From assembly GCA_019358915.1 (NCBI GenBank), contig JAHHIM010000057.1, forward strand, positions 1 to 17,076: 17,076 bases of DNA, in the 5' to 3' direction. The notes beneath the pieces were generated by a model, which saw only the letters and a list, made by a program, of their open reading frames with translations, had not been told where the DNA came from and did no database searches. How positions within the stretch are numbered: position 1 is the first letter of the stretch; every line of letters begins with the position of its first letter. This document shows positions 7,962 to 15,328 of this stretch, piece after piece. The translations under genes were made by a program, and so were the position numbers. Source of the DNA: Trichormus sp. ATA11-4-KO1. GTDB lineage: Bacteria > Cyanobacteriota > Cyanobacteriia > Cyanobacteriales > Nostocaceae.

Positions 7962-8146
7962 GAGAAGCATCGGTAACCGAACCTTCCCAACCTTCTCCAC
8001 ACACTCAGGCTCAAATTGAAATAGATACGCTCTCTTCTATCACTTGTCCTAAGTGTACTTGCAATAAACTTAAGCTTTTTAAGAACAATGAATTATCAAA
8101 GCTCCAGTTGCAGTGTACTTTTTGCAATCACGTTTTCTTTGCGTGA
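7919..8146 (+). CDS. Zinc-ribbon ORF (CPKC-x19-CTFC), possibly expressed as a -1 frameshift fusion
   Basis: Two CxxC pairs resembling InsA-type Zn ribbons; no ATG; overlaps the preceding ORF in the -1 frame. Confidence 0.45.
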   Translation: MGGGITVFPKTCSLREASVTEPSQPSPHTQAQIEIDTLSSITCPKCTCNKLKLFKNNELSKLQLQCTFCNHVFFA

Positions 8147-8169
8147 ACCATCAATTTCTCACTTATAAG

Positions 8170-11100
8170 CTAGTTAGATGCGGCAACCAACCAATCACAA
8201 GCAATTGATTTACAACCATTGGCAAAGTTAACGGGGATCATCCACTGGCTAAGATATTGATTCCAAATTGGTTCAGAATCAGCAGTACCAACTGCATCCC
8301 CTATTTTTGATACTAGCTCTTGGTAGAAGCTCCCCACACCTTCTAATCCTTGGCGTAACTTGAGTTTCAATCCTTTCCAGCCTGAAACAACACTTTCCCC
8401 ACCCTTAAATAATGTTTGGGGGATAGCTTCTGGTGTCGTGTCACTTAGTTGAGTGATCATTTCTTTATTACTAGTGGGTGACACCAAATGAGAATTTGAT
8501 ACCTTTTGCTCATCGAACCTATGGACTGATTCATCTTGCTCTAGCCATTGACGGAAAATTAAATCGCGCTGATCATCGGGGGGAATGAACTCGTAAACTT
8601 GCTCACGATTTTCTCTAGAACCCAACCGACCTACATAGGTTAAACTTAGCCCCATCTTGCCTAATAACTTTTGGGCGATCGCAATTGGGGTCTGTTTTTC
8701 GGAAATCGTAATCCCCAAGTAGTTTTGAATGGTATGCCGATGCTGGACTGCTATTGCTTTTAAGTCCTGCAATTCGGGAAGAGAACCCCGGAGTTTCACC
8801 CCTGGGGTAAGAAGCTCAATGATTTTGAGGTCTTCTATAAGCATCACCGCAGGCATCAGCTGCCGACGATTAAAATCAGGTTTCCAAATAGCATTATCAC
8901 CCACCTCGGCTTGTGCCTTAGCTCGTTTGGCATCACGAGTTGTAAGAAACTCTCGCCCCAGTGTCAGATAATAGTGCATCCGTAGTTGGGGATACCAGCC
9001 GTCATCATCTTTCTGGATTAAGTCAACTGTGACCTCAATACCGTAACGATTGGCTAAATCAGCTTTGCGCTCTTGCTGGCGTTCGGTACGAGTTTTTGCA
9101 CGTTTCTCTTTAATTTTCTTGAGTTCGGTATCTGTGGGGATTTCCACAGCAGTAGTTGACTCACATTCGGTTGTGTAGATACTAAGAGATACTTCCTTGA
9201 CCGATTCGAGAATTTGCTTACCTTCATCGGCATCTATATCTGTGGCATCTAAAATCTTGTAGCCATCAGCTAGCAAACCTTGAAGCACAGCATCACGATA
9301 ACATTTCATGTCGGCATTGATGACACAAGCACGTTTTCCCCAAGTCTGTAAAGACTCTGGCTGAAAATTCTGGTCAATGTAGCTGTAATCCTCATTGTCG
9401 GCTGCGGACAACAGCGCGATATTAGCGCGAGTGGCTGTGTGTTGGCTTCGCAATAATGCCCCGATTGCCGTTGAGCCGTTACCAATCCTGCCGATACCAT
9501 GCTTCTTCACCCAAATATGACGGTCAGCAGTTTCTCGTAATCTGGCTAGCATTTGCCGCACCGAGTTAGTTGGTTGCACCCCTTGAAAAATTCCCCAGAC
9601 TGTAGAAAAGTAGCCAACGATATCGATAGAAACCCCGGTTTCTAAACTGGGTGAGGCAATCACTAAATCATATTGCACCAAAATCTCATTGAGATGCCCA
9701 ATACAGCCGTAAGCCGGATGTGTCGGGTCTGCTACTGACTCACTATCAATCCGCAGAATTCGTAGGTGTGGAAATTTCCGGCGAAACCGTTCTTCTAATG
9801 TCCTCGTCCCCCATCGTGATTTGGCTTTTTGAGCAGAGCAACAAAGTATGTGATGTCCTCCCTTGGCTAAGGCTTTATCCATTGCCGCAACTAAAGAACG
9901 TGGGTCATTGCCAGTGTAGTTGTAACATCTGCCAGAATCAGGGCGATAGTTATTGACAATCACAAAGGGATTCACACGGTATTCACCAGCTAAAGACAGT
10001 ATATAATTAACGTCTGTATCTGAGACATCTGCACTAGACAGGTAAATTTTACCATGCTGGCTACTGAGAACGTTTTGAACTAATTGCTTGAGGTTATTGA
10101 GTACTGCCACACGGCGTTTAGCTACCTCGGTTTTAGAGTTGAGCAGATGCCAGAACACCTGGTCGCATTCATCAATGATAATCACATCATTAGACCAGTC
10201 ATTGGGGTTAAATTTGGCTTGACTTTCAGAATGCAGTGAATCAATACACACGCCATAACCGAGTAAATCACCTGTTTCTGAGCCATAAATTTCCGTAACA
10301 TAGTTGACACCAAAACGATTACATAACGCTTCTCCTAATTGAATGCGATGAGTGACAATCAGCACTCTCCGCCCTTGGTCGTGTGCTTTCGCCACCTCAC
10401 TAGCCAGCCATTCGGTTTTTCCTGTGCCTTTAGGGGCCTTCAAAACAATCAGCTTTTCGCCATCAGGTACAAGAATTTGACCTAGAAAACGCTGGTTAAG
10501 TGCGATCGCCGGCGGGTAAGTGAGGATGGTAAACAGCTTGATTTCCCACATCTGCAAGACTTCGGCGGTATTGTAAAGAGCATGAAACGCCTCTCTACCT
10601 TGAGCCACGATAAAATCGTCAACGCCCTTCTCTCCTCCTGGGGGCAATTCAATGACTTTGACTTCACAGCCCTCAGTCATGAGTAAACGCCCCATGCGAT
10701 TGATAGCGGTTCTGACTCGTTGCACTGTTTCTGGCTTAGAATCTTGGTCAAAGCAAATGTTAATCTGTCTATCCGCAGTGGCGAAATGCTTCAGGTCAGG
10801 GATGAGGAAAGGTTTACCAATAGCATTGCTGTATTCATCTTGGGGAGTCCGATAGCCAGCGTTCACCCCAGGTAACGCAATTGCCGTATAACCAGCCGAC
10901 AATAATGCAGCTGCTTTCTTGACCCCCTCAACAATCGTCACAGGGACATTATGTAGCCAAACCCAATGCCAGAAACCGCCAGGATGCTGCAAATCTTCTT
11001 CTGTAATGGGAATGCCGCATCGGTCAGAGATTTTCGCCCAATGCTGTTTGGTAATTTGTAGGAAGAATGCTCGTGTCTGTTCCTTGGGGGGATGCTCGTA

Positions 11101-11457
11101 CTTAAGAAATTTATGAATTTTTTTCTGGTCGCGCCTGGGTTTGTCGGGCTTGAAGCAGCCCCAAATCATTAACTTGTAATCATTGAGGGGGTCAATGCCA
11201 TTACACCACCACCCCCCATACTCCAAGTGGCTATATCTTCTCATGTCACCTTCTCTGAGCCGTCCATCGTTGCGGCGTGAGATGTTGTCACTGTAGATGA
11301 GAAAATCGTAAGGTGCTGTGCCTGAGAGTGATTTTACATTGAGAGCGAAGATTTCTTGATCTATTCCGCTATTGAGCCATTCTTGAAGGTGTTGAGCTTC
11401 AAATAAATTCCCATCGAACTCAACTGTATTATTCTGTAACATTTTTGTAGCTTCCAA
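8170..11457 (-). CDS. Plasmid replication protein, CyRepA1 family (DUF3854/TOPRIM primase-like domain + SF2 helicase-like domain)
   Basis: 1095 aa. KYEHP, VEGVKKA, FDQD and KGVDD in the N-terminal domain; Walker A APKGTGKT, IIIDECDQ, SPSLETGVSI and QMLARLR helicase motifs. Alternative ATG start at 11442. Confidence 0.9.
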   Translation of the reverse strand: MEATKMLQNNTVEFDGNLFEAQHLQEWLNSGIDQEIFALNVKSLSGTAPYDFLIYSDNISRRNDGRLREGDMRRYSHLEYGGWWCNGIDPLNDYKLMIWGCFKPDKPRRDQKKIHKFLKYEHPPKEQTRAFFLQITKQHWAKISDRCGIPITEEDLQHPGGFWHWVWLHNVPVTIVEGVKKAAALLSAGYTAIALPGVNAGYRTPQDEYSNAIGKPFLIPDLKHFATADRQINICFDQDSKPETVQRVRTAINRMGRLLMTEGCEVKVIELPPGGEKGVDDFIVAQGREAFHALYNTAEVLQMWEIKLFTILTYPPAIALNQRFLGQILVPDGEKLIVLKAPKGTGKTEWLASEVAKAHDQGRRVLIVTHRIQLGEALCNRFGVNYVTEIYGSETGDLLGYGVCIDSLHSESQAKFNPNDWSNDVIIIDECDQVFWHLLNSKTEVAKRRVAVLNNLKQLVQNVLSSQHGKIYLSSADVSDTDVNYILSLAGEYRVNPFVIVNNYRPDSGRCYNYTGNDPRSLVAAMDKALAKGGHHILCCSAQKAKSRWGTRTLEERFRRKFPHLRILRIDSESVADPTHPAYGCIGHLNEILVQYDLVIASPSLETGVSIDIVGYFSTVWGIFQGVQPTNSVRQMLARLRETADRHIWVKKHGIGRIGNGSTAIGALLRSQHTATRANIALLSAADNEDYSYIDQNFQPESLQTWGKRACVINADMKCYRDAVLQGLLADGYKILDATDIDADEGKQILESVKEVSLSIYTTECESTTAVEIPTDTELKKIKEKRAKTRTERQQERKADLANRYGIEVTVDLIQKDDDGWYPQLRMHYYLTLGREFLTTRDAKRAKAQAEVGDNAIWKPDFNRRQLMPAVMLIEDLKIIELLTPGVKLRGSLPELQDLKAIAVQHRHTIQNYLGITISEKQTPIAIAQKLLGKMGLSLTYVGRLGSRENREQVYEFIPPDDQRDLIFRQWLEQDESVHRFDEQKVSNSHLVSPTSNKEMITQLSDTTPEAIPQTLFKGGESVVSGWKGLKLKLRQGLEGVGSFYQELVSKIGDAVGTADSEPIWNQYLSQWMIPVNFANGCKSIACDWLVAASN

Positions 11458-11746
11458 TGATGATTGTATTCATCGGAGCTACCCACAGTTAAGGCGAAAC
11501 TAGTAGTCAGCCAACCCAAAATTGCTGGGTGGTAGTTGGGGCAAGGTGAAAGGGAAAAGGGTTCCCACCTTTCTGCTTACCCTGTACCTTGCCAAGTTTC
11601 CTTGGCGAACCACTAGTGGTGTTGAAACCAATTTTCCATCACAGCTAAAAATTATTAACTGGGTGCATGAAGTGTTTTTTTCTGAAATGCTCATATTGTC
11701 TGGCTTTCCAACAATTTATGCTACTTGGTTTCAACTAAACTAATTT

Positions 11747-11922
11747 CACCATAATGGTGCAGACATTGTTAAAGTAAAATTACGTTTTTGACGGTTGGTT
11801 GCTGGGCAGCGGTCTGTGAGTAGTATGCTTTAACAATTTGTAGTATGCTTCTACAATCTGTGAGTAGTATGCCTTTACAATCTGTTTGTAGGATGCTTTA
11901 ACAATGTCTGGTCTGTGAGTAG
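11747..11922. repeat. Iteron-like array; probable replication origin or Rep operator
   Basis: Four 17-mers TAG(T/G)ATGC(T/C)T(T/C)(A/T)ACAAT at 11821, 11841, 11865 and 11889. TCTGTGAGTAG x3. Perfect 14-bp IR AGACATTGTTAAAG (11761) / CTTTAACAATGTCT (11896). Palindrome CACCATAATGGTG at 11747. About 300 bp upstream of rep. Confidence 0.7.
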
Positions 11923-11934
11923 CTAACCGATTTC

Positions 11935-12438
11935 CTATTTTTTGGTACATTCTTTAAAAAAATCGGTCATCAGCTGGTGTCTGTTTACTGGTGGCGGATT
12001 TGCTGCGTTGTCAGAGATTTCAGCTTGAAGTCTGACACACCATGCTGGAAACTCTCTGGACTTTAGTTGTAGTAGTTCTGATGCGCTTTTTAGCTCATTG
12101 ATGAGGCTAGTAGCTTGTAGATAGCTTTGCCAGCAGAATTTAGTAATTGAAGAAGGCAGAAGGCAGGAGGCAGAGGGCAGAAGGAACAAGTCAGAAGGTA
12201 ATTCAACTCCTCCTGATTTAGATCCACTAAACTCTTGTACCCTGCGGTCAGATGACGCAACAGTGGGGGTCTTAAACCCTTGCTCCTTGTGGTTGCAGCA
12301 CAGAATAGAGGAGACAATGCGGTTTTGTGGTTTCTCCAGGTGGAGCAATTTTTGTGACAGTGTTCCTTCTGCCTCCTGCCCTCTGGCCTCTGCCTTTCTT
12401 GATAAAAATTTATTAACTTGAAAAATGGAAGTAATCAC
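11935..12438 (-). CDS. Small hypothetical protein (83 aa native) carrying an in-frame 84-codon repeat-element insertion
   Basis: Removing 12151-12402 gives ..NKFLS-ITKFCWQ.. in frame. The inserted part translates as low-complexity AEARGQEAEG / LLPSASCLLPS. Confidence 0.5.
   Translation of the reverse strand: MITSIFQVNKFLSRKAEARGQEAEGTLSQKLLHLEKPQNRIVSSILCCNHKEQGFKTPTVASSDRRVQEFSGSKSGGVELPSDLFLLPSASCLLPSSITKFCWQSYLQATSLINELKSASELLQLKSREFPAWCVRLQAEISDNAANPPPVNRHQLMTDFFKECTKK
12151..12399. mobile_element. MITE-like element with inverted heptamer (GAAGGCA) arms and a TGA/TTGA target duplication
   Basis: Arms 12151-12188 and 12361-12399 are imperfect reverse complements; TTGA occurs at 12147-12150 and 12399-12402. 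Confidence 0.8.
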
Positions 12439-12582
12439 GAAGTTATCCTCATTTATGAGGTATCTAGTCGTGAAATTCCTCCTTTAGATAGTTGTAACTG
12501 TGAAACTCGACCTCAGCCTAAGTTTCTGTCTATTTAGGGTCGGGAGAAATTGTAGCGCTAGATACCTTCCAGAATTTTTCTG

Positions 12583-12726
12583 AAAAAAAAAGGCATACCA
12601 TACCCGCCCTTGTGTGCTAATATTGCCACAAGGGTTGAGTCGTGAGTCCCGGTTAGCTTGTAAGATTTAGGTGTTTTGACCTTCCCCAAAGTCTGTGGAC
12701 ACCAATCTGTCGTCTAACGGCTCACC
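12583..12726 (-). ncRNA. Candidate structured ncRNA or attenuator ending in a U9 tract
   Basis: Rod-like hairpin 12642-12725, hairpin CCCTTGTG/CACAAGGG at 12607-12634, then a short stem and 9 T on the minus strand. Confidence 0.45.
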
Positions 12727-12881
12727 TCTGATATTTCTGTTTTCTTAATATACTGCTTCGTGGCTTTTCCTCCTGTAGATGCAAGGGTGGTTTGGGCTTG
12801 ATTGACAATAGCTGTAGTTAGAATAACATTCCTCATTCCTCTCTTAAAGATAAATTTTAATAACTTGCGGCCTCATCGTGG

Positions 12882-13508
12882 CTAAGTCAGTGGTTTCACC
12901 GCCTGAAAAATCTGTTCGGCGGTTAGATTCAATTCGGGAAAAGTTGGTGATTGAATGCGATCGCCATCCCTGAACTGACTAACTTGATATTCGCCTTCCA
13001 CTAAGTAGTAGATGGAAATAGTTGGTTTTTTGGGGTTGCCAATAAACTTACGTCCACCGAGGGTAAGATAATCGACAATCCAATATTCCGGGATTCCCAC
13101 CTCTTCATATTTACCTAGTTTCGTGAAATAGTCGTCTCTCCAGTTGGTACTGACTACTTCAACGACCAATGGAACTGACGCTGCAAGGCTTACAGTAGAT
13201 TCTTGTTTCCACAGAGGTTCATTGGCTAAATTAGGACTATTTAGTAACAGCACATCTGGCGAATAAGCTGATTCGCTTTCAGTCGGCTTAATGAATGCTG
13301 TTTTGGGGATAAAATAAGGCAGTTTTAAACGTTTATATTCTGTAACTATTTCTCCAACTAAAAATCCAATAATCTCTTCATGGTCGCCTGTTGGGGGTGG
13401 CATTTCAACGATTACTCCGTCGTGTAGCTCATAGCGTTTCTGTGGGCTTTCTGGATACCAAAGGATAAATTCATCGAATGTTACTGGTTTGCGTAAGGCT
13501 TGAGTCAT
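12882..13508 (-). CDS. Uma2 (DUF820) family PD-(D/E)xK putative endonuclease
   Basis: YELHDG.IVEMPPP..H, SPDV, LVVEVVS, K...Y...GIPEYWIVD and SPTFPEL motifs. Confidence 0.92.
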   Translation of the reverse strand: MTQALRKPVTFDEFILWYPESPQKRYELHDGVIVEMPPPTGDHEEIIGFLVGEIVTEYKRLKLPYFIPKTAFIKPTESESAYSPDVLLLNSPNLANEPLWKQESTVSLAASVPLVVEVVSTNWRDDYFTKLGKYEEVGIPEYWIVDYLTLGGRKFIGNPKKPTISIYYLVEGEYQVSQFRDGDRIQSPTFPELNLTAEQIFQAVKPLT

Positions 13509-13837
13509 ATCCCCGAACCTCCATTGCGATCGCGCAAAATGCGGAGAATTTCACCTACGTCAGAGGACAAAGCATCTAACCGATTATCCACCTCGTTGAA
13601 TCGGGCGGTGGTGTCTGTCTGAAGTCGCTCCAGTCGTCCCTCAATGCGGTCGAATCGCTGGGTGACTTGGACGAAATTGCTATTGGTGGCTTCCACAAAT
13701 GTGTCCAACCTGGTGTAAATTTGCGCGATCGCTGCTTGGCTTGTGCCGACTGTGCCAGTAATCAGCTTGATGTTGCTGACTTCTTGCTCTAATGTGCCTA
13801 GTCTGCGGTAAATTTCTTGGATTTGGGCTTCGCTCAT
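13505..13837 (-). CDS. Coiled-coil hypothetical protein, paralog B
   Basis: Heptad pattern (RFDRIEGRLERLQ, RFNEVDNRLDAL); ATGA overlaps with both neighbours. Confidence 0.8.
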   Translation of the reverse strand: MSEAQIQEIYRRLGTLEQEVSNIKLITGTVGTSQAAIAQIYTRLDTFVEATNSNFVQVTQRFDRIEGRLERLQTDTTARFNEVDNRLDALSSDVGEILRILRDRNGGSGI

Positions 13838-14079
13838 AATCCACTACCTCCATTGCGATCGCGCAAAATGCGGAGAATTTCATTCACATTGATTTGTAAA
13901 TTATCTAATTGATTGCTGTGTCGGGCTTGTGTGGTTTCGACTCGTTCTAATCGGTCGAGAATTTGCACAACAGCGTATTGTGTTGTACCTACAACGCCAA
14001 TCTGTGTTTTTAGTGAATTTACTTCTTGGGTAAGGGCTGTAAGCCTGCGATCTAAGTCTTGGATTTGTGTTTCGCTCAT
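13834..14079 (-). CDS. Coiled-coil hypothetical protein, paralog A
   Basis: RBS AGGAG; shares the MSE.QIQ...RRL start and EILRILRDRNGGSG end with paralog B. Confidence 0.8.
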   Translation of the reverse strand: MSETQIQDLDRRLTALTQEVNSLKTQIGVVGTTQYAVVQILDRLERVETTQARHSNQLDNLQINVNEILRILRDRNGGSGL

Positions 14080-14094
14080 TATTTAAGCTCCTGT

Positions 14095-14301
14095 TCATCG
14101 CTTGTAGGGATTAGGAAACTCTTCGGGGTAACATTCCCTTATGTATTGCTCTACTACAAAAGCGGCAAGATTAGCTGTAGCCCTCCCCTCCATATCTGCT
14201 CTTTGCTCTAATAATTCATAAACCTTAGCTGGCAGCACAATAGTAGTTCTTTTAGTCGCTGGTAACTGTTTATCGGGCATTTCTATAGTCAGTGTTTGCA
14301 T
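14095..14301 (-). CDS. Ribbon-helix-helix (CopG/Arc-like) transcriptional regulator
   Basis: KRTTIVLP..VYELLEQRADMEGRATANLAAFVVE is typical of cyanobacterial RHH proteins; first gene of its operon, next to a divergent promoter region. Confidence 0.8.
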   Translation of the reverse strand: MQTLTIEMPDKQLPATKRTTIVLPAKVYELLEQRADMEGRATANLAAFVVEQYIRECYPEEFPNPYKR

Positions 14302-14348
14302 ATTTCATCACCTTATTATGTGCTGTCAGCGATACTTCTTTTAGAAAT

Positions 14349-14457
14349 AACATAATATTATATGTTTTTAACATAATATATGCACTAACTATATGTTTAT
14401 TCTTGGCTCATAAGTTATCTTCATAGATATTATGTTGTTAGCATAGAATATTATGTT
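14349..14457. promoter_or_regulatory. Divergent promoter region with four AACATAATAT boxes (2 direct + 2 inverted)
   Basis: AACATAATAT at 14349 and 14370; ATATTATGTT at 14427 and 14448; 21-bp spacing within each pair. Confidence 0.7.
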
Positions 14458-14522
14458 AATCTATGAATGTCATGAGCAGATCCCTATATTCGTAGGCTGC
14501 TAAAGATTGGCATGGAGGAATT

Positions 14523-14750
14523 TTGACTCAAATTCTAACTATAGAGCAGATTCTGATTATCCTGCGAGGCATCGAAGAAATGCTGAGAATGCTGCAAGCC
14601 AAATCAGAGTACAGAGATATAGAAGCTACTGAAGAATTTACCAGATCAAACGACTTCAATCTGATTGATGTAATTCATGCACTAGGCGAAGTTCAAGAAG
14701 GCATTGAAAATTTTCAATCTGCTCGAAGTGCAGATAGCAACGGTATTTGA
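14523..14750 (+). CDS. Hypothetical protein
   Basis: TTG start with GGAGG SD; first gene of a co-oriented small-gene cluster. Confidence 0.7.
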   Translation: MTQILTIEQILIILRGIEEMLRMLQAKSEYRDIEATEEFTRSNDFNLIDVIHALGEVQEGIENFQSARSADSNGI

Positions 14751-14772
14751 TTAATGTCATTTGAGGAGAATA

Positions 14773-15036
14773 ATGAATCTTTCACTAGTCAATGATGCCA
14801 CCTTGCTGACTCAATCAAAAGTCTATCAAATTGACAGAACACTGTATCAATATAGTCACAAAAGCGGCACAATTAACGCCCCTAAATACACTTTTAGACC
14901 TCTGGCTGGACAGCGAAAAAAGAAAGATTCGACCATCAACAGAAACAGCTTATTGACTCGTTGTTATGAAGTGCAAGGGATGTCTACTAATGCTTCTGTA
15001 TTCAGTCAATCATCATTGCAACTGTCAATTCTTTAA
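14773..15036 (+). CDS. Hypothetical protein
   Basis: ATG at 14773 preceded by GAGGAG (87 aa); C-terminal QLSIL resembles QL[SD]LF-type clamp-binding tails (weak). Confidence 0.7.
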   Translation: MNLSLVNDATLLTQSKVYQIDRTLYQYSHKSGTINAPKYTFRPLAGQRKKKDSTINRNSLLTRCYEVQGMSTNASVFSQSSLQLSIL

Positions 15037-15045
15037 GGTGAAAAG

Positions 15046-15252
15046 ATGTCAAAGCCAACACTACCAGACTTAATCAATAAAACCCAAAAGCTACTTGCAC
15101 AAATCCGTAAGCACCCAGACTACAAGTCATTAGAATATCACCCCGATGTGACTCTAGGGGATGCCGAACAAGCTTTAATCGAACTTCGGTGCCAAACTCT
15201 ACCGCCTTCTGAACCAATCAGAATTCTCTCACTCGAAGATTTCACAGCCTGA
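15046..15252 (+). CDS. Hypothetical protein
   Basis: SD AAGGTG, 9-bp gap from the previous gene. Confidence 0.7.
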   Translation: MSKPTLPDLINKTQKLLAQIRKHPDYKSLEYHPDVTLGDAEQALIELRCQTLPPSEPIRILSLEDFTA

Positions 15253-15259
15253 AAAAAGA

Positions 15260-15293
15260 GCGATTGCACCAGTCGTCAAACAAGTGTAATCGC
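15260..15293 (+). other. Intergenic hairpin GCGATTGCAC-N14-GTGTAATCGC preceded by an A tract
   Basis: 10-bp stem with one G-U pair on the + strand. Confidence 0.55.
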
Positions 15294-15328
15294 CCAAATT
15301 ATCCATATAACAGCTAAATCATACCAAC

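Larger units (their letters stand above)
4841..13862. repeat. Dispersed HIP1 octamers GCGATCGC
   Basis: Seen at 4841, 8675, 10502, 12957, 13526, 13725 and 13855. Confidence 0.9.

Noticed and set aside
8729..11116. Short ORFs nested in or antisense to rep; likewise 1346-1579, 3311-3496, 4267-4554, 4884-5210, 7036-7254 and 16625-16849
   Set aside because: Shadow ORFs of long genes with no recognisable motifs.
11500..11743. ORFs 11500-11694 (-) and 11522-11743 (+) as real genes
   Set aside because: No clear SD or motif, and they run through the hairpin-rich rep leader. The minus-strand one cannot be fully excluded as a leader peptide.
11813..11922. CRISPR array
   Set aside because: Repeats are 17 bp with only 3-7 bp between them; no unique spacers and no cas genes.
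7939..12690. Shared 10-mer CTTCCCCAAA at 7939 and 12681, a possible sRNA-loop/target pairing at the slippery site
   Set aside because: A single 10-nt match is expected by chance in 17 kb; worth revisiting only if both the sRNA and the frameshift are confirmed.
13680..14098. Alternative-frame ORFs 13680-13883 and 13901-14098
   Set aside because: They overlap the better-supported, translationally coupled coiled-coil paralogs.
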